A DNA stretch of 50,777 bases from positions 58,535,168 to 58,585,944 of the forward strand of contig NC_068989.1 in assembly GCF_001194135.2 (NCBI RefSeq). The letters run 5' to 3'. Position numbers and translations under genes: made by a program. The stretch is from Octopus bimaculoides. Lineage: Eukaryota. Numbering within the stretch: position 1 is the stretch's first letter; each line of letters opens with the position of its first letter. Under the pieces are notes generated by a model, which did no database searches, was not told the origin of the DNA, and saw only the letters and a list, made by a program, of their open reading frames with translations. Below, one piece after another: positions 36,322 to 48,089 of the stretch.

Positions 36322-37199
36322 TGTATGCATTTGCTATAGATAGATATTAGTTACAATGTAGGCGCAGTTTGGTCAATGGGTTAAGAAGTTCTCTTTACAG
36401 TTACGTGATATATATTTTGCACAGAACCCATTCTGACCGATCTAATTTTAAGACAGTATAACACTGAGTGTTCAATAAATATTTAAGTTAGGGTTTCTAG
36501 ACCATCTGTAGCAATCTACACGATAAACTTAGTAAAAAGGCTTGATTCAGAAAAAAACCGCATCAAACAAGTACATTTGTGCTGATACATTTCTGCAAAT
36601 CGAACACTCGACTTGTCATTCATCTTCAATAAACAATGCAATAGTAATTACAAGTACTAATTCACAAGCACAACGGACTCTTTATTAGTCATCGAATCGG
36701 AAGAAATGAAGGAAAATCCCATTGTTAAGTATAAACAACCACCAGAAAACTCAACTGTGCAACCCAAAAAACTGACACAGAAAAATTTTATATAAAATTT
36801 AGATATATATGTTGAATGCAACATTTTTCACCTAACTGACATTGGCTAGACACCCGGTGACAACACGGGCCGCAGGATCAGGAATGTAGAAGAGCCATGG
36901 TATCAAGCACAGGCAAAAGATCCCCCAAACTTTCGAAACCATTCCCTGTATATTTGGTTTTATATTAAAGTGACCTTCTCCTAGAGACATGCCTTAACAA
37001 AAGCTGAGGGGTGCCTTACTCTCAGTGGTCTTTCCGCATGTCAGAAACCAACCTGGAATTTCTGAGGCTCATGCTATTGCCAGATAGTCGTTGAGTCTAC
37101 ACTACGTTCATCCATACTTTTGACAGGTCTTGTTTTTAGTCCTACTAGGTTTTTAGCAACCTTCTTCACCAGGTAAACCCTGTGGCGGCGATGGTTGAT

Positions 37200-37420
37200 T
37201 AACTGGTTGAATCTATTTTATTTCAGTTGTTTTGCTATTATCCGCGGGATAGTATACTGATATATTACATACCTGCCTCTTTAATGCATTTAGGTTGACA
37301 TATTCTATATATCGCTGGTGGGGAGCTGAATCGCTGCTATCTCTAGCAATTGAGCGTCCATCATTGACAAAACCAAGGATGGTCGAAATCCCGTGATTTG
37401 GTGGTTTCGGTAGCAACAAA
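37200..37420 (-). mobile_element. Possible LINE apurinic-endonuclease fragment
   Basis: ORF 37213-37419: ILGFVNDG...RYIEYVNL...CNISVYYPADNSKTTEIK resembles APE GVGFLV...RI...IISVYAPT...EI..FY. Confidence 0.35.
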
Positions 37421-37819
37421 AGTCAACAGTAGAGTTTCTCTTATAGTAAGAGAAATATGATTTGTTCTAACAACACCCACGTTTAAGTGGGAATCAATAT
37501 CACCACTCGGTATAAATACGTTTTCTGTCGCCAATAAATATTAAAGCAAAATTTAATTTTACTGCAACTGAATAAAGAAAACTCATTTTCTGAAACGAAT
37601 ATAACCAAATGTTCCGATGAACTAACTTTAAGATAAAAAAATAAAAGGAAACTAATTCGGAAGACTGAGTTTCGAAATGCATAAGAAATTGTCTTGATTT
37701 CCAGCGGCATTAGAGTTTATTAGAATTATGGTTAGGGTTTATATGTAGAAAGGGAAAGTAAGAGCAGGGTAAATGCTAAAGACTTTCATCTGGTTATATA
37801 CTTCTAGCTATATGTCTGG

Positions 37820-37871
<52 letters not shown>

Positions 37872-38802
37872 NNNNNNNNNNNNNNNNNNNNNNNNNNNNN
37901 NNNNNNNNNNNNNNNNNNNNNNNNNNNNNNNNNNNNNNNNNNNNNNNNNNNNNNNNNNNNNNNNNNNNNNNNNNNNNNNNNNNNNNNNNNNNNNNNNNNN
38001 NNNNNNNNNNNNNNNNNNNNNNNNNNNNNNNNNNNNNNNNNNNNNNNNNNNNNNNNNNNNNNNNNNNNNNNNNNNNNNNNNNNNNNNNNNNNNNNNNNNN
38101 NNNNNNNNNNNNNNNNNNNNNNNNNNNNNNNNNNNNNNNNNNNNNNNNNNNNNNNNNNNNNNNNNNNNNNNNNNNNNNNNNNNNNNNNNNNNNNNNNNNN
38201 NNNNNNNNNNNNNNNNNNNNNNNNNNNNNNNNNNNNNNNNNNNNNNNNNNNNNNNNNNNNNNNNNNNNNNNNNNNNNNNNNNNNNNNNNNNNNNNNNNNN
38301 NNNNNNNNNNNNNNNNNNNNNNNNNNNNNNNNNNNNNNNNNNNNNNNNNNNNNNNNNNNNNNNNNNNNNNNNNNNNNNNNNNNNNNNNNNNNNNNNNNNN
38401 NNNNNNNNNNNNNNNNNNNNNNNNNNNNNNNNNNNNNNNNNNNNNNNNNNNNNNNNNNNNNNNNNNNNNNNNNNNNNNNNNNNNNNNNNNNNNNNNNNNN
38501 NNNNNNNNNNNNNNNNNNNNNNNNNNNNNNNNNNNNNNNNNNNNNNNNNNNNNNNNNNNNNNNNNNNNNNNNNNNNNNNNNNNNNNNNNNNNNNNNNNNN
38601 NNNNNNNNNNNNNNNNNNNNNNNNNNNNNNNNNNNNNNNNNNNNNNNNNNNNNNNNNNNNNNNNNNNNNNNNNNNNNNNNNNNNNNNNNNNNNNNNNNNN
38701 NNNNNNNNNNNNNNNNNNNNNNNNNNNNNNNNNNNNNNNNNNNNNNNNNNNNNNNNNNNNNNNNNNNNNNNNNNNNNNNNNNNNNNNNNNNNNNNNNNNN
38801 NN

Positions 38803-38833
<31 letters not shown>

Positions 38834-39384
38834 TATATATATATATATATATATACATACATACATGTATGTATTGTAAGTGTTTCTGCGGACCTGAGTG
38901 ATATGCAAAGCTTTGTACTTTGCAATCCACCTGTATATCATTATGATTTCATCATTTAGAATAGTTTCTTCGACAGAGCCTGCATTCCTCGATGGGGTGT
39001 CGTAGACAATGAAGTTGCCATGTATGTGTTTGGAGAGCGATCAGAAAAGTTAGGAACCCACACAAATATCAATTCTTCTACCTATTCAAAACGAATTACA
39101 TTTTTGTCTGCTTCGCTTGACGAGAGACAATTTAACAACTCCCCTGCAGGATGCCAAAATGTGGCATCCATTCCATAAAACACAATCAGAAGTCTACATC
39201 AACTAGCTTTTGTTCTTTTCTTTATTCGTGAGAAACAAATGTTATGTGAGTCTATTGAGCTTCCTCACTGTTTTATTTTCTTTAACATCCAATATCGTTT
39301 GTTGCAAATTGCATTTTTAGGTATAAGCATAATTTATTTCACCAACAAGTATTGAATTACAGAAGTATCATGGTAAAGGGTAGG

Positions 39385-39560
39385 GTATTGGCAGAATCGG
39401 GAGGGCGTTGGATAAAATGCCTAGCGGTATTTTGATTTACATGTCGCTCAGTATTTTTTAGTTCAAATCCCTCTAAGTTAACTACCATATTTTGGGGATC
39501 AATAAAATTAACACCAATAAAGTACTCAAGGTCAATATAATCGATTATTTGCCTCCTAAA
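39385..39560 (+). mobile_element. Degenerate SINE-A
   Basis: tggcagaatcg...aaaatgcctagcggtattt...agttcaaat...ggggatcaataaaa. Confidence 0.55.
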
Positions 39561-39864
39561 AATAAAATAAAACCATCGAAAAGAAAAAAAACAGACAAAC
39601 AGTTTCTTGCTTTGCTAGAAAGAGGAACTATATTTTCTCAAATCAAAGCTAGCAGTCTTGAAAAAGTAAAGACATGTAGGAAAATGTTGGCCACGATAAG
39701 CAAAACGCTGGAAAGGTTATAGTTGGAATATCTTCTGCTCGTAAATGGTTAATCCAAGGCAAAACAACAACAGCAGCTAACAATTTATGTATAATAATGT
39801 GGACACTCATAGGCAGACACTAGTCTATTTTCGGTTACATTTAAATATTCTTTAGAATAGGACC

Positions 39865-40254
39865 GGTGGAGGCGCAATGGCCCAGTGGTTAGGGCAGCGG
39901 ACTCGCGGTCATAGGATCGCGGTTTCGATTCCCAGACCGGGTGTTGTGAGTGTTTATTGAGCGAAAGCAGCTAAAGCTCCACGAGGCTCCGGCAGGGGAT
40001 GGTGGCGAACCCTGCTGTACTCTTTTACCACAACTTTCTCTCACTCTTACTTCCTGTTTCTGTTGTGCTTTGTAATTCAAAGGGTCAGCCTTGTCACACT
40101 GTGTCACGCTGAATCTCCCCGAGAACTACGTTAAGGGTACACGTGTCTGTGGAGTGCTCAGCCACTTGCTCGTTAATTTCACGAGCAGGCTGTTCCGTTG
40201 ATCGGATCAACTGGAACCCTCGACGTCTTAAGCGACGGAGTGCCAACAACAACA
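39865..40254 (+). mobile_element. SINE-C, full length, with 11-bp TSD
   Basis: TSD agaataggacc at 39854-39864 and 40255-40265; tRNA-like A/B boxes; (AAC)n tail. Confidence 0.93.
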
Positions 40255-40397
40255 AGAATAGGACCTTCAAGTGTTTGTAGGATTCTGTCGGGTTATCGAT
40301 TTATCAATTGCCTTTCTTCTTCTTCTACGCAGTCAACTTCAAATTAATTCAGAAGCTCTTTAATTTTCACCTATTGAAATATAATTGCATTGATCTT

Positions 40398-40539
40398 GTG
40401 GTTAGGGTATTCGACTCACGATCGTATGGTCGTGATTTCGATTCCCGGTGGTGCGTTGTGTCCTCGAGCAAGACACTTCATTTCACGTTGCTTCAGTCCA
40501 CTCAGTCCACTCGTCGTAAGCGACGGAGTGCCAGTTGTT
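40398..40539 (+). mobile_element. SINE-D: tRNA head + CORE-like block + SINE-C-type 3' end, internally deleted
   Basis: gtggttagggtattcgactcacgatcg...tttcgattccc...gtgtcctcgagcaagacacttc joins to gtcgtaagcgacggagtgcca, which is also the SINE-C terminus. Confidence 0.7.
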
Positions 40540-41122
40540 CGGTTCATCATGTTGATTCAGATTAAATTGGAATTTGGCACCCAATAAAACTCATGTATAT
40601 CATTCAGAGTGGCCGTTAAATGCTGCTTTAATCAACATATTTATGCAAATTTCCACCTAATAACACACTATTCTAAAAAAAAACAAAAACGTGTTGTAAT
40701 CGATAAAATTTTGTATTTGCTCTGAGATAAGAATACCTGCACAGTAAATCATTTGTACAGTAATAAACAGTAAAGCATTTCTACAGTAAAACACAGTACA
40801 CCAATTTTACATGCTCCAACAACAGCTACAAACTGCACAGTATATCTACAGATAAGCGAACTCATCCATTAAAAAGTATTTTTCGGGAAAGTGCTAGTGA
40901 TTAAATGTGAACATGGGACGTTAGAATCGGTTTATCAGTTCATTTTAACTCTCATAATCAAGTAATATATACAAAATATGCAAAAAAACCCTAAATATAT
41001 TTAGCATTGCTTGGCGACTTTAGCTCAGCTATGCATTCAACTTCTCAAATTAAAACATATTTGAGAATATTCTCGCTGTTCGAAAATGATTTCTTTAGTT
41101 CATGTAATATTTTAGCCGCTGT

Positions 41123-41343
41123 TTAAGGGCGGCGAGCTGGCAGAATCATTAGCACGCCGGAGAAAAAAAAATACTTAGCGGCATTTCGTCCGTCTCTACG
41201 TTCTGAGCTTAAACGCTGCCGAGGTCAACTTTGTCTTTCATCCTTTCGGGGTCGATAAAATAAGTGCCACTTGAGGACTGAGATCAATGCAATCGACTTT
41301 CCCCACCCCCGAACGTGTTGGCCTCGTGCCAAAATTTGAAACC
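41123..41343 (+). mobile_element. SINE-A (tail type 2) with 17-bp TSD
   Basis: aatatt(t/c)-type repeat aatattt(t/c)agccgctgt at 41106-41122 and 41344-41360, one mismatch. Confidence 0.9.
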
Positions 41344-41493
41344 AATATTTCAGCCGCTGTCTAAAATATCATAATTAACAACAACCTTTGACATTATAGG
41401 TTATAGCCAGTATCAATGGGTGTGTTGTTGAAAATATGTGGCTGATTTTGTTTGGATTTGATTTCAGAATCTTCAAAGAGAGTACGGAAATTA

Positions 41494-41711
41494 TCCTTCC
41501 TACAAAAGGCACAAGGCCTGAAATTTTAGGAGAGAGGGACTAGTCGATTACATCGACCCCCAACGTTTTACCGGTACTTAATTTATCGACTCCGAAGGGA
41601 TGAAAGGCAAAGTCAACCTCGGCGGAATTTGAACTCAGAACGCAACGACGGGTGAAATACCGCTAAGTATTTCGTCCAACGTGCTAACGATTCTGCCAGC
41701 TCGCCGCCTTA
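41494..41711 (-). mobile_element. SINE-A (tail type 1)
   Basis: Full reverse copy. Confidence 0.9.
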
Positions 41712-41727
41712 ATAATAATAACAACAG

Positions 41728-41945
41728 TAAGGCGGCGAGCGGGCAGAATCGTTAGCACGCCATGCGAAACACTTAGAGGTATTTCGTCTGTCTTTACGTT
41801 CTGAGTTCAAATTCCGCCGGGGTCGACTTTGCTTTCATCTATTTCGGGGTCGATAAATTAAGTACCAGTTGCATACTGGGGTCGATCTAATCGACTGGCT
41901 CCCTCCCTCAAAATTTTGAGCCTTGTACCTAGAGTAGAAAAGAAT
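41728..41945 (+). mobile_element. SINE-A (tail type 1)
   Basis: Full copy followed by an (AAT/AAC)n tail. Confidence 0.9.
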
Positions 41946-41988
41946 AATAACAACAATAGCGATAATAACAACAACAAATTTAGCGAGC

Positions 41989-42023
<35 letters not shown>

Positions 42024-42037
42024 TAATAATAATAATG

Positions 42038-42226
42038 ATAGTTTCAGATTTTGGCATAACGCCATCAATTGTAGGGGAGGAGTAAATCGATTACATTGAG
42101 GTCGACTTTGTCTTTCATCGTTTCGGGGGTCGATAAAGTAAGTACCAGTAGAGTAACAAGGTCGATGTAATCGATTTATATACTCCCTTGAAATTGCTGG
42201 CTTTGTGCCAAATTTTAAAACCAATA
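42038..42226. mobile_element. Inverted SINE-A fragments (tail type 2)
   Basis: 42038-42096 is a minus-strand tail; 42097-42226 is a plus-strand 3' half. Confidence 0.75.
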
Positions 42227-43598
42227 TATACATACCATTATATACAATCACACATTTATATATACACAATTACATGTAAACACAGACATTCATATATATG
42301 TGTGTGTGTGTGTGTGTGAATAAATAAATAGAAATATAGATGAATAGATAGATAGATAGATAGATAGATAGAGAGAGAGAGGGACGTACACAGACTAATA
42401 CACATGCACATATGTATGTATGCATGTATACACACCCACTCATCGGTTACACCTGATTGTAAGCCAGCCAAGTCTAATCTCCCCTAGGTTGGTCCTCATA
42501 AGCATACACTGTCGCAGCAGGATCTCGTTGTAGTTACAGATGGGAAATAGCGAGACGTGTTGGACAAGCTACGGTCTCCATGGGGGTTACTACTCAATTG
42601 ATAACATTCTTTCCACGCGACTGTCCCTTTTGTAAGAAATTTTCTCTGTGCTTGTCAGCAGGATTGTTGTCGACGCAATACATGTATAGATGTAACACTT
42701 GTCAGTACATATGGCCTACACTTGTTCTTAATCTTCATCTCTGTTGCAATCACGTAATGTTCATTTTTGATGGGTTTTGCTTGTTTCAACGAAAGGCAGC
42801 CTACTATAATTAGGGTCAGTGTTTTTATCTCCCGTAAATGAAATGATTGCAGCCTGGTAGTTTGCTTTGAAGACAGATCTTTCGCTGTTCTGATATTTGA
42901 TATCACGCCGGCTCATTATACGCTAGGTAAGTTCCACCAGATCAAATTTAGCGAGCAACTCCCTCCCATTCAATACATAGTTTTGCTAGACACGCATCCG
43001 TGTCATTAATTTTTGAAATGTCAGCAAATCGTACATGAAAGATGTCGTTAAGAACAATATAAAATAATTGTCATTGTATCTATAATTCTGATCTTAATAT
43101 CTGTATTATTTTGCTGGGTCCATCATTGGCCTGTGGCTAAACCGGGCCTCTTCGTTCAAGGTCACACTGTCAATCTCAGTATTTGTCTAATTGAATTAAA
43201 GTTAAAGCCTGTACAGGATTTGAACTTAGAATATTACTGGGACGTTACCAAATATCATAAAATACTGTGTGCGAGTTTCTTCCGTTTCTGCCATCTACCC
43301 ACATCTATTTGTTTTGTCTATATAAATAGCGAGAAAATACTGGAATAAAATTTTCGAATTTCTTAAGGATACAGTTCACTGATTAAACCATTGAAACGAT
43401 TAATAGTGACCAAAATCGAAGGTTTAGGTCACAAATTTAGGTCCTTGTCTTGCCTTTTCGTCAGTGCAGTTCCTGATTGTTTAGAATGATTTTAGTTTAT
43501 CTACAAAAAAGAAGTGTACAGCCATATATGCATACATACAACGACTGATTGATTGATGTACCATGAGTTATAAGTTTATATCTATTTTAATTATCCTA

Positions 43599-43979
43599 GT
43601 GGAGGCGCAATGGCCCAGTGGTTAGGGTAGCGAACTCGCGGTCATAGGATCGCGGTTTCGATTCACAGACCGATCGTTGTGAGTGTTTATTGAGCGAAAA
43701 CACCTAAAGCTCCACGAGGCTCCGGCAGGGGATGGCGGTGAACCCTGCTGGATTCTTCCACCACAACTTTCTCTCACTCTTACTTCCTGTTTCTGTTGTA
43801 CCTGTATTTCAAAGGATCAGCCTTGTCAAACTGTGTCACGCTGAATATCCCCGAGAACTACGTTAAGGGTACACGTGTCTGTGGAGTGCTCAGCCACTTG
43901 CACGTTAATTTCACGAGCAGGCTGTTCCGTTGATTGGATCAACTGGAACCCTCGACGTCGTAAGCGACGGAGTGCCAAC
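43599..43979 (+). mobile_element. SINE-C, full length
   Basis: Collinear with 39865-40254; flanking repeat ttttaattat at 43585-43594 and 43984-43993. Confidence 0.92.
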
Positions 43980-44329
43980 TACGTTTTAATTATTCATTAC
44001 AAATTTATACTTATTCGTAAACTGAAATATGTCATTCTTCATGTTAAGTTATACAGACGTCGTATATAAATTTACACTACGTTCAGATATGATCTGTATT
44101 GTGGTTGTATGTAATGAACCATGAGGAGTTCAAGGTAGGATACTTTACTGCCAGCGTTATCTCATTGTCATCTAACATTGGCACACCAACTTTATTGAAT
44201 AATATGCTTAGAACCAATACATTAATTTTTACGTTTATGTATTTGTTTTGCAAGATTCCTAATGTGAAATTGTGTGTTGAAACAAATATTGTTCTATTTG
44301 GAGGTGGTCATATTTTTTACCAATAAGCT

Positions 44330-45170
44330 ACACGCACTATATACAATCTTGCTCACTTCACTTTTCAGGACTGCATTTATATATGTATTTTCGCTGCTGT
44401 TGTTTAGCATGTGCTGCCTGAGTGATACCGTACGGCATTCGAAGGCCGTCTACACTGATCTCAGGCCTCTACCACTTTTATTTCTTCTTAGGTAGAGCCT
44501 CTCAACATCACTGTTTCTGTGGAAGTTTCCAGTTGTCAGAATTTTGCGGGTTTTGATATCTATGGAATGGATTTCCTCTACATACCAATCAAGTATTCCA
44601 AATGTTGGGATCAACACTGGTACTGCAAATGCATTGTGGGATATTGTGTCGTTGTAAGAGGAGAGTTCCGGCTGCCATACTTTCCTAAGTCTGGTGTAAT
44701 ATTTTAGGGTCACTCTATCTTTATTCACAGTGCTTTCGTATGATACATCTTCGTCTATGCCTAGGTACTTGTAACATTCTTTGTGTGGAATGCGGGAGAT
44801 AGAGAGACCGTTGATTCACAGATTTGGGGGACTGACTTTCCTTGTTCTATAGCCAAATATGAACATTTCTTTTGGCCAAATTCCATGCCTATATCAGCTG
44901 AAAACGTTGCTATTAATTCCAGTAGTTTCTTGGCATTGTTAACACTTTTAACATAAATCTTCAGGTCGTCTACAAAGAAATTATGGGTTACATTCATCTT
45001 ACTAGCAGTTGACGATCCTAGCATGTAGCTATTTGTTTTCTGCAGTAGGAACGATAATGAATTCAGTACAAAATTGAGAAGAAGTACAGAAAGACTATTT
45101 CCCCTGGAATATTCCCTTTGTAATGTCTATATTATTAGAAACAATTATTCTGTTCCCACTTGTAAGGGTA
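44330..45170 (-). mobile_element. R4/Dong-clade non-LTR retrotransposon RT fragment
   Basis: KGIFQG.SLS, HNFFVDDLKIY, DIGMEFGQKKC, YYTRLRKVW...NAFAVPVLIPTFGILDW...IDIKTRKIL...SDVERLYLRRNKSGRGL; frameshifts and stops. Confidence 0.85.
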
Positions 45171-45173
45171 AGA

Positions 45174-45175
<2 letters not shown>

Positions 45176-45204
<29 letters not shown>

Positions 45205-45660
45205 TGTATGTATGTATGTCATTGTTCAGGTTTATTTCAAGATTTCTTGCCAATTGAGAAAGAGTCAGTTTCTAACCTAGATCTAAGATTCTGTATGTAT
45301 GTATGTATGTATGTGTGTATATATGTGTGTGTGTATATATGTATGTGTGTATGTATGCATATATCCATGTATCCATACATGCATTCATGTATGTATATAT
45401 GTATGTATGTGTCTATGTATGTATGTATGTGTCTATGTGTCTATGTATGTATATATGTATGCATATATGTATGTATGTAGTATGTATGTATGTATGTATG
45501 TATATATGTATGTATGTATGTACGTATGTATGTATGTATGTATGTGTGTATGCGTGCGTGTGTGTATGTATGTATTTCTCTATGTATGTGTATATATATG
45601 TTTATGTATATGTGTATGTATATATCTGTATATATGTGCGTATATGTATTTGTGTGTATA
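45176..45660. repeat. (TATG)n-rich compound microsatellite
   Basis: Direct. Confidence 0.95.
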
Positions 45661-45757
45661 CGCATGTACTTTAATGCATATTACATTTTACACACGCTCA
45701 CACACACACACACATTCCTATATTCATATTTAGATACACTAACATTATGTGTTTATG

Positions 45758-45796
<39 letters not shown>

Positions 45797-47320
45797 TTGT
45801 GTGTACTTCATGGGTATTTACATTTTATCTGTACACACACACACGTACATTTACATTCCTCTATTCATATTTATAAACACTGTAACACATGTAGACATTA
45901 AAAAAATACCGAAGACTTAATTTGATGTTTCCACCGTCATGCTTTGATATATAGCAGGACTTTGAATTATTCATAATCATTAAGGTTGTTTATTAAAAAT
46001 ATACCTTCTTCGACGAGGAAAAAGGAAAGAAAAGAAAAGGAAGAAAAAAAGCAGGACAATTAATTGTGTAATTAATATGCCTATTAAGGTTTGCGGTTAC
46101 AACAAAAACTTCCTGAGTGTAAGACATACCACATTAATTGTAATAATTATACCTGTTTGTTGTTACTGCTCCCCAGCCAAACAGAATCCATTCATCTACA
46201 GTATTTTCTTTACAAACATAAATCTATTAATTTCTGTGTATATGTAAGTTTTACGGTGTACGCAAACACACGCTCGCGAATATGTTATAGGGACGCATGC
46301 ATATTTATTATAGTAATCTAGACTCGGGGAGTATCATTATTATATTTGCAGTTAAATACACAAATATATCAAATATACCAACTCAAATTCATGTTATAAC
46401 GTTACATACATACATCCATATGTGTGTGTGTGTGTGTGCGCGCGTGCGTGCGTGTGTGTGTACTATACGTATATACGCATTAGCCTCTTCTGTTCGTAAA
46501 TATAATGCGTTTTGTCCTGACGTTTCGAACTTAAATTTTGACATCAACGGTTCTAGTCAACGACCAACAATTCTTTCTTTTATTTCTTTAAAAATAATAT
46601 TTTATTTTAATAACTGAACGCATTTTAAAAAGTAGGTTTATTTTAATGACCGTCAGATAATTCTTGTAATTCTTTAAAATAATAATAATTCAAACCTATT
46701 ACATACAAATTATATATTTCACTTCAATGATGGCAGCATTTAAACAGTTTGAGCGAAAAGGAAAATGGAGGAAAATATCTAAATATCGGAAAGATATTAT
46801 CCTAAAGATGTAATTATATGACTGTCAATTATGACTTTCTAAGCATAGATCCCAGCAATAATATACATACCTATCTATTATTTTTCTCTTTCGTTATTTT
46901 CCCATTCGTCTCCACCTCTTTCTTTTTCTCTCCCTCCTTTTTACTTCTCTTTCTATTTCCCCTCACCCCTTTTTCTTTCTTTTTATGCTTTCTCTCTTGA
47001 GGGCAATATATATATATACATACATGCACACACACACACACACACATATTTCACTCACACACACATACACATATTTCTCTCACACACACATACACAAGGT
47101 AGAGAGTTGTCACAAGATTATATTTATTTGTTCGAAACTAGAAATGTATTCTTTATTCAAAGCTTCCCGCTGCTTGGAATATTTGTCCAGGAGTTCCCTA
47201 TTTTATGGATTCCACATTCAAGAAACAAATTTAATAGAAATCTCTATATTTCATGAAGCAGTGAAGTCGTAACAGCAAAAATGGCGAAGTGAAGAATATG
47301 CACATGGGGTGTATGTGCGT

Positions 47321-47630
<310 letters not shown>

Positions 47631-47631
47631 T

Positions 47632-47850
47632 ATTTCTTTATTGCCCCATAGAGTGGACAAACAAGGACAGACAAAGGGATTGAGTCGATTACATCGAACC
47701 AGTGCGTAACTGGTACTTATTTAATCGACCCCGAAAGGATGAAAGGTAAAGTCGACCTCGGCTGAATTTGAACTCAGAACATAAAGACAGACGAAATACT
47801 GCTTAGCATTTTGCCCGGCGGGCTAACGATTCTGCCAGCTCCCCGCCCTA
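47632..47850 (-). mobile_element. SINE-A monomer with tail type C and TSD
   Basis: Full reverse copy; tattcctatatatatatata repeated at 47611-47630 and 47851-47870. Confidence 0.9.
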
Positions 47851-48089
47851 TATTCCTATATATATATATATGTGTGTGTGTATATATATTTATTTATATG
47901 TACATATACATACATACACACATTCATACATACACAAACGAGTGAGTAGAAAGGCAAAAGAAAGCGGTACTCAACACATTTGAAAGGAGTTAGATATAGA
48001 TTTGCTAAGATCCTTATGATGTGAAGTTCGTGGACGCGTAGGGTGAAGCTATCTTATCAGAAATCGAATATATATATATATATATATAT

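Noticed and set aside
36833-36930. Possible HDV-like ribozyme on the minus strand (gggatc.../tgatcct P1, a P4-like hairpin, gccaa)
   Set aside because: The candidate P2 strand is not contiguous with P3, P3 and P1.1 do not pair convincingly, and J4/2 is too long. Worth an Infernal/RNArobo check on the family consensus, but not supportable here.
39865-39940. tRNA-like sequences (also 2215, 26310-26388, 43599, 23237, 30254-30295) as tRNA genes
   Set aside because: They have A/B-box-like motifs but no complete cloverleaf, and each continues into a repeated SINE body.
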